Below are positions 42,364-55,330 of a stretch of DNA of 64,000 nt, piece by piece. Position 1 is the first letter of the stretch. The number at the start of each line of letters is the position of its first letter. This DNA is from Welwitschia mirabilis (taxonomy: Eukaryota). The position numbers were made by a program, and so were the translations under genes. The stretch lies in the NCBI GenBank assembly GCA_051453625.1, contig JBOZIK010000001.1:30392454-30456453 (forward strand), read 5' to 3'. Below the pieces are notes generated by a model. The model made no database searches and was not told the DNA's origin. It saw only the letters and a list, made by a program, of their open reading frames with translations.

Positions 42364-43449
42364 TTCTAAGTTAACATAAATAATACTTATATTAAGTACT
42401 TATAAATTTATAAAAATATAAATCCAATTATATATTTAACAACCTTTCTTCTTAATAATCATAAATTTACTTGTAATCATAATAACCTTAATTCCTAATA
42501 GTTATAATGTTATTTATATTCCTAATAATTTCAAACCATGAGTAAAATTAATTATATTCTTGATACTACTAGATTTCAAAATAACTCTAACTCCTAGATA
42601 AGTATGAATTTAATCATATCTCTTAATAGTCATGAATTTTATTATACCTCTAATTTTTGACTTCTTAAATATATATCAAATTACATTTATGTTAATCCTA
42701 ATAATTATAAAGATTACACTAGTAATAATCTTAGCATCTTAATAATCATAAAAGTTGATTATATTTAGGATAGTTACATTATAATACTAACTCCTAGATA
42801 ATCATTATGCTAAAAGCATATTTATGATAATTTAAAATACCTAAAAAAATCAAGAACGATGATGAACTCAAGTCATTAAAGACTCTATTATGTTATAGCT
42901 ATAGATAATAATTACTTAAAAGAATTACAATTATCTTAAAAATTTAGGACAAGGACTTTATATGATTCTTTAAATAGCTTAACCTTTTACAAGAAATATA
43001 AATACATAAAATAATGCCTTATAATATATACCCTTAGAAATAATCAAATATCCAAGCAAGTTATTAATCCTAAATTATATGGTAACATAACTTTAAAGTG
43101 AAAACCTGTATCCATAACTTATAAACCTTATCTATTGAAAATAAAGAAAGGGGATAAACTTGATTGTGTACTTTAAATGAGGACCAATCACCTCATAATC
43201 ATAACAATGTTCTTCCTGAGATCATAAAAATATTTTTAAGCTTAACCTTTGATAATATTTATTCTATTTCCAAATGTTACCTCATAAAAATTACCACTTC
43301 TTTCAGATGTCTTATCATCATCAATTAATCCTTGAGGTTAGGTCAGTTACACTAGGTAATCAACATCAAGAGAATTTACAAGAGAGTCAACAACCTAGTG
43401 ATGGAAATCAACCCCCATTTAACCTTAATTTAGAAGCATTGATAAATAT

Positions 43450-44330
43450 ATTCATGTAGTTCCTATCACAAATAGTAAATAAAGTTCAAAACCCACAAGT
43501 AAACAAGGGTATTAATCAACCTAAAAAAGTGGATATGAGGAAATTAATTCAAATTTTTATTAAGGTAAATCCACTAAAGCCTATAGGAGGTTCATATCCT
43601 TCCAAAACAAAAGCATGACTAAGTGATGTTGAAAAGGTTATAGGTACCTTAAGATGTGATAAATACGAAAAGGCTTCTTTGGCCATTTATATGTTACAAA
43701 TAAAAGCTAACCTATGGTGGTAAACCAAAATGACCAACTTAGAAGATTTAGAACTTTCATGGAGGAAATTTCAGCACATCTTTAAGGATAGGTATATTAG
43801 GAAGTTTTATATTTACCAAATGGTTTTCAACAATTTAAGACAAGTTCTTAATGTAAACACAACATCTCATGAGTGCAAATTTATAGAGTTATTGAGATAT
43901 GTGTGACATATGCATCTAAGTAAAGAAGCTAAAGCAAATATCTTTATTGATAGTATTCTTCTTTTTATTGCTTCCAAAGTGTCCATTACTTAACCTAAGA
44001 ATCTAGTAGAGGTTGTAGAAAAGACAAAGAGAGAAGAACAAAATTGGTAAAGAGAGCAAGAAAATAAGATGAAAATTCCTCCATAGAAACATATCCTTAA
44101 AGGAAATTGATTACAAATGTATTATTAAAATAAGAATAATGTTAGTAGTAGTTATACTAGAAATAGGAATTTTAATCAACCTAAGTAGGCTCTATTCAAG
44201 AAATTTAAATGTTTCTTGTTAAGACTATGAAAATAATCAGCCTTAGAGATCTAATTTCTGGCATATTCCTAGTCAGTATCAGTATTAGAACCAGTATAAT
44301 GAATATAGATGCTTTTAATGTAAGAGAAAT
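43450..44330 (+). pseudogene. Degenerate Tekay/Del-type gag
   Basis: FIKVNPLKPIGGSYPSKTKA*LSDVEKVIGTLRCD..KASLAIYMLQIKANLWW..LSWRKFQHIFKDRY; zinc-knuckle remnant CF*CKRNH at ~44310. Confidence 0.8.
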
Positions 44331-47276
44331 CATTTATACATAGGCAGGGTAGGAGAGTGGTGATAAAATTCACCTCTAAAAGGGTATTTTAAAAAAATTC
44401 AATACAATCCACCTTGATGATGAAATCCAAGTATGGGAATGAATATTATTAGGATCATCTTAATTTAATCTTATTTGATGAATACACCATACAAGTGCAT
44501 GCATACAAATTTAACTAATGTGGATATTTAATGGATTATTTTACCTAGTTATAATAATTCTAATCATCATTACGTTAATTTTATGAAAACATTCATAAAA
44601 GAGAAAACAAGTAGACTAGAACATCTCTATATTCAAGATTATAATAATGAAAATATAAATAAAGAAAATATTATTTTCTTTTCTTTCTTTCAATAATAAT
44701 AAAAATATTTGAAATGTATCAAATCATATTTTAATAATGTACTAAAGAAATTAATTCATACTTGTAATTATGTCAATCATAAAATTATTCTTCCATGATC
44801 ATATGACAATCTCCATATATTTGTGCAATGAAGATAAATAAAAGAAAGTATAGCTTAAGCATGGTTATTAAGACATAATACTTTATCCAAGACTCACATG
44901 ACTATATTATAAGTGAAGAAAATTAGTGATAAATCAAGGATTATTTATGTTACTTAGCTATTAAGATGAAAACTCTTATAAGCACGCACATTCAAAGTAA
45001 GATAAAGGGAAAGGTAAAAGATGTATTTGTTTTAACAAAATATTATTTCTAATTAATGTAACTTAAGACTATTGATACAAACTTATCTTAGATGCTCAAA
45101 TTCCCTAAAAATTTCATGTTTATATAATTTAAAACATTAATTATAATGTTTTTGGGGTCGAAGAAGATATCATAATAAAAAATTAATAATTAATTAATTA
45201 CTAAGTTAAAAAATAAATTACAGTAGTTTTTAATAAACTAGACTCATAATAGAATCATTAGAAACTAACTCAAGCTATCTTGAAATTCTAAAAATATTAT
45301 TTTTAAGGTCATAATTTAAGGTTAGAGATAGTTAAATTTTCTAAAATTATAGCACCATTGTACTACACTAAAATAACCATAACTTTCAAAATATTTGAGT
45401 TTTTAAATGATTCAAGATTTTTTTTAAAGTCTATTTAATTCCCTACAACTTAGTCTAATCAAGTTTTTAGATATCATAGCTGTTATTTATATAATCGTAA
45501 ATTATTTACTTATTATTTCTTGCATTTATTTTTTATTTTATTTTAATAAATAATTTTTTAAAAAATTACTATGCATCAGAAAAATTACTATTTTTACATT
45601 TCTAAATGAAAACATGATCCTAAACTTACGAAAAAAATTTCACTACTTTATACCTACTAATTAATAAGCTATGGTATTTTCTATCTATGCCTCTATTCTG
45701 GAAATTTAACTTTGGCTATAAAAAATACAATAAAGTTTCTAAAACTAGTTATGTAATAATTTAAATAAGTAAATTAATGAATATAATAGCTCAACTAATT
45801 ATATAAAACATTTTAACTAAAAATCAATATATAAAGAAAAATCAAACTGATTCAAAAAAAACCATTTATTATAAGCCTTAAGATTACCATGAAGGAGTAC
45901 TATTCTAAAAGAGATTTTTGAAGATTAGACTTTACCCCTAATAAGATGGACTTAATGAATAATAAATAAAAATATATTGTTATATATATTAATACAAAAT
46001 AAACATGGGTATCTAAGTATATAGTAAATCCCCGAAGTGATCACTTGGCCATAATCAGCCTTTAGGAACCTCAATCGCTGCGAATAAGAGACCCCTTATA
46101 TCTCCTCAAAACTTTGTAAGAGTCAATGGGAGAGAATAACGTAATTTTATGAAATATCATAAATAGTAATCTAAAGCAAGTATTACATCATTATACTAAA
46201 ATATTAAAAGAGACCATATGGATAATATGAGTAAAGAGCTTACTTGGAAAATTAGTAAGTCCTGAATAGTTGAAGAGTAATGTAGATCCAAGCTCAAAAG
46301 TTTCTCAGCTCCAAGCTTCTAAGCTCTAAGTTCCAAAAGTAAGAGAATGAAATAAAGAAAGAGGAAATAAGGAAATAAAATTGTATGGAAAAATGAAAAT
46401 TATCTCCTCCTTGTTAAAGAGGGAAGGATTTCTATATATAAATAAATAAAGGCACATAACTCAAGATTACACGATTTAGCATTGATAAGTGGAATGGATA
46501 ATAAGTGACATTGGAGCACAAGAATATATCATATTTATGACTCATGCACCTAACTAGGGTGAGTTATCTTCTTACTTTAATTAGCAAGGCTAACCACATG
46601 CATCATTTCCTTATGCTAGCTCCTTTTTAATCCTTCGTAAGCTCATAAGTAAGTTTAATTTATTTGAGACATGCATCAAAAGAATAAATGCATAAATCTC
46701 AAAATTCTTATGTGTCATAATGAGATAAACGCTTTAATACAAATGAATAAAACAAGGATTGTGCTATAAACCAAGTTCCCTTACATATCTTAAGAACATA
46801 AAAGTTATGGTAAAGTAAATCTACTCATTTATCATCCGTGGTTCTATGTAAAAGTGCATGTAATTGTTCACATGCTCATTTATTTCATAATGCATAAAAT
46901 ATATCAATCACATAATACAAGAAAAAATGTTTATTCATAATATAGTATACCTATCACATTTACTAAGAATTTAAATAAGTAAATAAGATAAAAAAATATA
47001 TTATTATGTCCTCTTGAAATTTTTAGTATATTAGTCTTATTATATTATTTTAATTCCTCATATAATGGGGTTATCTAATTTTAAATGTTTTGACAGCTTA
47101 TATCATAAAAACCTTGTAACATAATTTCCATTATTTTCATGGTAAATTATGAAAATTTACAAACTAAGATTAATTTAAGATGCCATCTTGTTTTGATAAG
47201 CCATTTAAACAAGGATAACTAATTATTTGATCAAAAGCTTAATATACTTAATATCCAAGTAAATAATGTTATAACA
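44330..47276 (-). repeat. Inverted, 3'-truncated copy of the Tekay LTR
   Basis: Reverse complement of 38219-~41760. Confidence 0.85.
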
Positions 47277-47401
47277 ACATTCTAGTGAGAGCTACTCTTT
47301 TTTGACATTTGAAATTAACTCTCCTTCATAATTTGAAGAATAGCCCCTTAATAGTGAAGAAAACCTTGTGGAATTCACAATTGATTCCCTTAATATTATC
47401 T

Positions 47402-48256
47402 TGTGATACCCTTTCAAGATCTTGGATCTCTAACACTATGTAGTTAAGAGGGATCTCATTCATAAACATTACCTTTTGTCTCTCTACATTTACCTTAATC
47501 TTTATATTAAGGTTTTACATACAAGGGGGTGTAAGTTATTGAATATATATAAGAGCTTAAGGCCATATTGAAGGTCATTAAACATCTAGTTATGCATGCA
47601 CTAATCTACTTAAAAAACATGAATAAATTCCTTGACTTATTNNNNNNNNNNNNNNNNNNNNNNNNNNNNNNNNNNNNNNNNNNNNNNNNNNNNNNNNNNN
47701 NNNNNNNNNNNNNNNNNNNNNNNNNNNNNNNNNNNNNNNNNAAGTATGTTATGAATGAAGTGTCGTTATACATCTTAAGAAGATAAAAGTCATAGTAGAG
47801 TAAATCTACTATTTATCGTTCTTGGTTTTAGGTTAGAATGCATGTACTTATTCATATGTTCATTTATTTCATAATGCATAAAATCGATTAGTCACATGTC
47901 ACAAGGAAGAAAACGTCTATTCATAATATCTACACCTATGACATTTACCAAGAATTTAAATAAGTAAATAAGATATAAAATATATTATTATGTCCTCTTA
48001 AAATATTCAATTTATTAGTTTTATCATGTGATTTTGATTCCTTACATAATGAGTTTATCTAATTTTAAGTATTTGGATAGCTTTTCTTATAGAAGCCTTC
48101 TAACATAATTATTATCATTTTCATCATGAATTATGAAATTTATAAACTAAGGTTAACTTAAAATACCATCTTATTTAACACGGCCTTTAAAGAAGAGTAA
48201 TTCATCATCTAATTAAAATCTTAGTATACTTAATATCTAAGTAATTAAGGCTTACA
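47402..48256 (-). repeat. Third Tekay-family LTR (both ends present, middle in an N gap)
   Basis: TGTGATACCC at 47402 is the reverse complement of the LTR end; GTAATTAAGGCTTACA ending at 48256 is the reverse complement of the LTR start. Confidence 0.7.
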
Positions 48257-48479
48257 AAATATGAAATATGACATTAACGATGATAGTTTTTCTATTCTTC
48301 TCAACATCCCAAATTTGATTTTGATGGAGTTAGAATAATACGTAAGCTTGACCCTGAGTTCCTTGATTGTCTTCAATCCAGTATTTTGAATACATCTCAA
48401 GAAGGACATAGGTTATGTAACTATTTAAAATAGGAAATGACAATAATTTAGAAAGAATTCTCTGTCAAAAGAACAAAGA

Positions 48480-51362
48480 GTTTTAATATATAATTATAAT
48501 GTTAATTCCAACAACATTGAGAAGATCTTAAAAATTGGAAATGACATAAGCCCAAGCATAGAGATGGGACTAGAAAAATGTCCTTAAGGAAAATAAACTT
48601 ATCTTTATTTGGAATTATAAAGACATTCCTAGAATAGATAAAGAGATCATCATTGCAATAATACTAGTGAAATAAAAAGTGCAAAAACTCAATCTAAAGC
48701 TTGCTTTTGCAATCAAAGAAAACCTCCAATCTCTTCTTAAAGCAAGACTCGTTTAGTCAAAAGATTACTTAGACTGGGTCTCAAATATGATTATCATTAT
48801 AAAAAAGAATAGAAGTATTACAATTTGTATATACTTTCATGATTTAAATAGAGTAACCCTTAAAGATGGTTTTCAATTACCAAATATTGATATTTTGATG
48901 GATAATACTATAGGCTATGAGTTAATCTCCTTTATGGATGAATACTTTGGATATTATCAGATCTATATTAGGATGCAAAACTAATCAAAGATAACCATTA
49001 TCACACCTTTGGATGTATTTTATTATGTGATGATGTCTTTGAGCTTAAAGAATGAGGAACCAACATATAAACATGTAATAACACACATATTCCACAACTT
49101 CATGCACAAAACTATTAAAGACTTTATTGATGACATTATAGTGAAGTCAACCCGATCTAAGGATTACTTGCAACATTTGAAGAATCTATTCCACATTGCA
49201 TCTAGATTTGATATCAAATTTAATCCAAATAAATGTGTCTTTAGAGTTTTGTCAAGAACGTTATTAGGATTTATGATCTTAAAAAGAGGACTTAACGTTG
49301 ATAAAGCAAAGGCAAAAGAAATAATAAAAATACCTTCACCTAAAAACATGTCTAAGTTATGAAGTCTACAAAATCTGTTATAATCAATTAGAAGATTCAT
49401 ATCTACATTGACCAATAAATGTCTTTCTTTTTTTCATTTATTAAAAAAGGAGGTCAAATTGAAATGGGATGAAAAGTGTCAAAAAGCTTTTGATCAAATA
49501 AAATAACATTTACTTAAACCTTCATTATTGAATTCACCAATTTAAATCAATCATTTTATTTATATCTAGCACTCACGGAGCAAGTGGTAAGTGTAGTTGT
49601 CTTTTAATGAAACAATGATCTAAAAGATTTGCTAATCTATTATATAAGTAGGACATTGCATTAATATAAAACCAATTATTCTGATGCAAAAAAGATGTTT
49701 ATAAGCTTGGAATTTTATGTACATAAATTTATACATTATATGATAAACAACGGGACATATGTAATTAAAAATGAAAACATCTTGAAGCATTTGCTAGAAC
49801 ATTTAATAGGGATCATGAGGTTAAAAAAATGGTCTTCTATGTTGATAAAATTTGAATTGGAATTTAGACCTTAAAGTCAATAAAAGGACAATGTATGATC
49901 AATTAATTAGCACAGTTTTCAATGAAATAAGAATTAGATGAATCTAATTAAGATGAATTTCTAGATGAATTAATTCACATTTTCTCAACAAATATAACAT
50001 GGATGCAATAATGTACTTTGATGGTTTAAAGAACATTAATGAGTCAAAAGTAGGTATAATATTTTTCCTACTAACAAAAGTCATTATTCCAATATTTATT
50101 TGCTTTAATTTCCCTATACAATTAATGAAGTAGAATGTAAAGCCTTTGTTCATGGAATTGTGATCACTAAATCTTAGGGTTATTACAAAATTAAGGTCTA
50201 TGGAGACTCACATTTGATTATGAACTAAGTATTAGATAATTATGAATGTAAGTCAAATGCCTTAAGAAGATATCTTCAAGTAGTCCAATAAAAATTGTTA
50301 CATTTTAGTTAGTATCACATAGTATCCATTCCAAAACAAAATAATTAAATGGCCAATATTCTTGCAAATTTAGCTTGTTTCTCCATTACGAATGCAATTC
50401 ACATTGGTGTTATTTAATAAGAAGAAGTTCAAAATCCATTTTATGATACATTTCACTAAGGTCATAGCCTTGAAAATCTAGAGATCCCTTAGATCATTAC
50501 AAATCCTAAAAATTTAGATTAAATTCATTAAGATATCATGACATATCTAGAAACTCAGAAAACCCTAGATTACTTTATGAAATATCAAAAGGAATTATTT
50601 AAGCAAAAGGCTATTACATTCATAATCATAGTAGGAAAATTATTTAAAAAGTCTTTTGATGGTACCCTTCTAAGATACTTAAATTTACAAGAAGTTGCAC
50701 AAGTCTTGAAAGAAATCCATTTTGAGTTATGTGGATCACACCAAGGATCTAATACCTTAATTTTTTTACATGCTTTGTTTTGGATACTATCAGAAATGGT
50801 TGACATAAGATTATCACAATTTTGTCAAGAAATGCAAGGCTTGTCAAAAGCATGCATCACATTTACATCATCCATAAAATAAGTTATTTTCTATCAAGAT
50901 GATCTAGGTCTTTAAGAAGTGGGGCATGGATCTCATATGTCCAATGAGACTGTCATCTGTAGCATCACATGTATCATTGCTATGATTAAATATTTCACCA
51001 AGTGTGTGGTAGCAGCTCTGCTAACATCTATAACAACCAAAGCAATGCAAAAATTTATCATAGAACATATCTTTTTAAGATTTGAGATTCCTACACCATA
51101 ATCAGTGATAATGGACTGTAATTCATATGAAAAGAATTAGAAAACTTCTGACAAAAACATCACTTGAATATCCCCAAGTAAATGAACAAGTTAAATCCAT
51201 AAACAAAACAATAATAAAACTTTCAAAAAATCTTGTCCAAAAAAAATCCTAGAGATTGGCACAAAAAATTAATATATGCATTGTGAACATATAGGACATC
51301 TTATGAAATTGCAATAAATACAACTTCATTCAAATTCACATATGGAACTAAAGTCATGCCTC
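48480..51362 (+). pseudogene. Degenerate Tat/Ogre-type pol (RT-RH-aRH-INT)
   Basis: KDGFQLPNIDILMDNTIGYELISFMD, FIDD, KFNPNKCVF; second RNase H MYFDG...KVYGDSHLI at ~50010-50370; integrase LKEIHFELCGSHQG, IFLRFEIP, ending at YGTKVMP. Confidence 0.9.
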
Positions 51363-52150
51363 TGATTAATAAGTTCAAGTTGTAAAGTTTGCTTTCTATA
51401 ACTCCCATTAATAAGTTATTTATTCAGCTGTAACGGAAGAAAGAATATAATAAGAAATTCCGCTGTTCAGAAAAGAATTTTTCTTTGTGAAGATTTATGA
51501 TCGCTGTGCAAATTTACTCTTTCAAATCGCCTCTTCTCGATCATTCTTGAAGTTATCCATTGCTTTAAAAGAAACGTGTCTAAAATTAGCAAATGCTCCT
51601 TTTTTTTAAAAAAAAAAAAAAGGAAATACATGGGTTCACTACCTATAGAATTCATTTCTTGCTCTTTTTTCATTAAGAATTTATTTCGTTTACCATCGAA
51701 CCAATTTCCTTTTCTGTCTATCATTTGAATGATGATTTTATGTGAAGTTCTTTTAATATCCATAAGTTCCACATTCTAAATTTCTTTTAAAGTGCTTTCA
51801 CAAATGTCTTATTTCTAAATAGAAGGAAATTAAAANNNNNNNNNNNNNNNNNNNNNNNNNNNNNNNNNNNNNNNNNNNNNNNNNNNNNNNNNNNNNNNNN
51901 NNNNNNNNNNNNNNNNNNNNNNNNNNNNNNNNNNNTCTTTTAAAGTGCTTTCACAGATGTCTTGTTTCTAAATAGAAGGAAATTAAAACTTAAATGAAAC
52001 CTTTTTTAAATGATTTTGTCGTTTGCAGCAATCTTTGTACTATTTAAGTCTTGAAGTTGTCTTTTTGAAATATATAATAATTATAAACTAAAAAGCTGTA
52101 GAAATAAAGAAGACATTAAGAAAGGCAAATGCTTTATCTCAACATAATCT
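51363..52150 (-). pseudogene. ycf2: Probable plastid-derived insertion (NUPT), 5' part of ycf2 plus upstream spacer
   Basis: Abrupt change to CpG-retaining sequence. Minus-strand translation (KFRMWNLWILKEL, MNSIGS..YFLFF..KEHLLILD, FLIIFFLPLQLNK*LINGSYRKQTL) resembles the Ycf2 N-terminus as recalled; right boundary uncertain. Confidence 0.55.
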
Positions 52151-53539
52151 TTCTTTAAGAATTTAAGATTACTAGTTTAAATATATCCTATAAATTAATA
52201 AGAAGTAATTACAATATTACTAATTTTTAATTTTCTATAAGATGAAAAGGTTTTATTTATTATTTCAAGTTTTTATTTTATATTTTACTTGTCGTATTAT
52301 TAGTAGATCAATAAATAAAACTAAAAACTATTATTTTATTATGTTTAGTTTGTAAATAAATGGCACAATTAGTATGCCCATGTATCATTAGTTGTTTTCA
52401 TATTTTAATTAGAGACATGAGTCAATTTACATCTAAAGGAAATTAATCCATTTTTCAAGGAGTTGATCATAACCATTGTGATTAAATTATACTAAACTAT
52501 TTATTTTAAATGCATTAATGAAACCCATGATCTTTAATTTATTATGAAACCCTTCAAAAGTTCCCTCAATTTTTTTTTTGTGTTATTCAAGTTTTCTTTG
52601 CAAGGCCCTTAAAACCCTATAAACAGTATTAGAGATATAGGGAAGGAATTCTTGCTTTATTACAAACCCTTTGATTCCATTGAAAATATCTCATTGTGGA
52701 CCATCGGTACTCTATCTCGTGTAGTGTAATTCTATAGAGCCTTTTTATATGAGAGATCGTGTTTTATTATTTGTCATTTGATCCAAATGCATTCTCTTAG
52801 CTAAATTTATTTTTCCATGTAATTATCACCTTACCTTTTTACTCATTTTCATTATATCGAATGAGAAATCCCTTAATTTTATTCCATTTAATTTTATTTT
52901 TCCATAGCAACATGTATGTATTTAAATGAGATCACTTTGTGTTATAAAAATAGATTATTTAATTATGACCCTTTGAATCCTCACCCTTCAAGCCACACAC
53001 ACAATAGTTTTTAATTCTAAATCATATATCATAATTTGAATGTTATTGAATAAAGACCATAGAAGCCTCTATCTATAGATGTTACTAAGCATTTCAAAAG
53101 GCACCTACATTTGTTGATTTTAACAATGTTGGAGTCTCCTCAGAGTAACAAAAAAAAAAAAAAAGAAACATTCATTAGTCTATAGGGTGTGCTTTAAAAA
53201 ACATAAAGTGCATTAAAAGAAGGACTTGTGCATCTTGAAGATAAGAATTTAAATATCTTAGAACAGAAGTTAGATTAAGATACTTCATAGCTAGGCATAG
53301 TCCTAGTTCAACTTTCAAGTAAGAAGCCACTCTTCATTACATGCAACATTAAGCATAGACAGTTGGTTGGTCTAGAAATGGCATTTTGTAGAAAAGCAAA
53401 AAACTCTTATATAATCTACATTAGTCATCATGGTAGTCTTATTGAGAAGAAAATTACAACAGCACAAGTTTAAAAGCCCATGAACTTAAGTGCACATGTC
53501 TTTTCAAAAATAAGCTTTAATATCTTCCCAAAAGTTTTG

Positions 53540-55275
53540 TGTCAGGAAAAGGTCTAAATCTTTAATTAGGATAATCATTATAATTCCACACATCATTTTT
53601 TCATGAAGAAGAAAACTTTATGATTTCAAAGAAACCTCTCTATTGACAAATATAATTTTGATCATATCAATAACTTATCAAATTACGATCTTAGGAAAGG
53701 AAGAAAATAACAAATAAGCGAAGACATCTACACTTACAAAGACATCTAATAGGAAAATAATCATCTATAATTCATAGTCAATGTTTACTTAGAATTTTTC
53801 TTTACATCATACTTAAGTTAGACATCTAATAAAGGTAAGAAATGACATGAATACGAAGAGGATGATATTCAACAAAAGATGTCTATAACATCAGAGGATA
53901 TCTCCAACATTAGAAGATGTTTGTAAGGATGGAAAATTTTACAACATGGAAGACATCCAAATTGAAACTTAAGTATTTCACAACAAATGTCCAAAGCACC
54001 TAGAAGCCACCTTGGCTAATTGCAATATGGCATGAAGAAGATGTTTGCATTTTTAAATGACATGAAGAATATGTCTGGAGTTTTTAAGATGTCTATAGTA
54101 GAGGCTCTATCACAATAGGGATGACCATGGAGTTGAAGATACAAGCACAACCTTAGGATTCCTAAGTAAATATAACTAAATCTACAGTAGATGTTTATAG
54201 CTAGAGAAGAAAACTTAGATACTAGAATACATCTACAATCTTATGAAAACATCTGCTCACCTTCAATTTCAAAGTTATGCCAAACCTTTAGAAGATAGAT
54301 GTTACATCATTCAAATATGTCTCCACAAAGATAAAAAGGAAACTTTGGCAAAAGATATCTTAGCTATTGAAATATATTTACTATTGATAATAGATGTTTA
54401 TAGCCATGAGTAGATGTTTATGTTAATAAAATAATCATTAATTTAAATCTTACATGGTGATAATGGTTTTAGCACCACCATCAATAGTGCAACATAAAAG
54501 GACAACTTCACATGATTATTTTATTACTTTCTTATTTAATACTCTTTATAAAAATTGTTGAAGCTCTCTTTCAAGTGAAAACTGCTTAAGATTTATAAGA
54601 AGAAATTTGTGTCATCTAAGGATTTTTAATTTAGTTGAAGATTTCCTTTTTTATGATATTTGGCATAGGTTTTAAGCTTTCTGTCTTCATTATTGTGCTT
54701 TCATTATGTTTATGCTTAAAATTAAGGCAAGATATTAAGTTATAAAGTGTAAATTATAGACCATTCTTCACTAGAGATTATTCCTTGTTTTATCATCTAG
54801 ATTTTAAGTTTTATTGGTTACTAGTTTTTTGAGTTTAAGGTGGGTGTGTGTTAATCATGTGCATTATTAGAACTTACTTAAATTCATCATTGTATTTACA
54901 CATCTATTTTATACAACTTTGATTTAGCCTTAAGATATATAGAGGATCTCTTTATGAAGAGATTACAATTTGTACAAGTTTTGCGTCCTATGGAATTTGC
55001 ATGTGATCTTAAGGGATACATTCTTATTGTAACTTGAACTGGTAGGATTGGTGTTGAATCTTAAACAATGTTTTTTCGAGTTAAACTACCTAAATCCATC
55101 GTAGGTATTCATTATCTACATTTGGACATCTTCACATTGGAAAATCATGTTACATTAATAGGCCTATTCTTTATTATTGCATACTTAATCATTTGTTTTC
55201 AACAATGTAAAATTACTTATTTAGTAAGTTTCTAGTTAGCACTCATTCACCTCCCCTCTGATTTCAATGATCCAA
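53540..55275 (+). repeat. 5' LTR of a SIRE/Maximus-type copia (left end approximate)
   Basis: attcacctcccctct (55245-55259), a Sirevirus-like U5 motif, just before the PBS; many gacatcta/tagatgt motifs. Confidence 0.65.
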
Positions 55276-55278
55276 AAG

Positions 55279-55289
55279 TGGTATTAGAG
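55279..55289 (+). promoter_or_regulatory. PBS (tRNA-Met, one transition)
   Basis: TGGTATTAGAG 41 nt upstream of the gag ATG. Confidence 0.8.
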
Positions 55290-55330
55290 TGACAGTACTC
55301 TATTATAAGAATGACAATATAAAGTACACC

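Noticed and set aside
47397-48261. Solo LTR with TSD
   Set aside because: Flanks (tatct and aaata) do not match, and the middle is a gap.
51783-51988. ~53-bp duplication inside the NUPT
   Set aside because: Flanks a 100-N gap; likely artefact.
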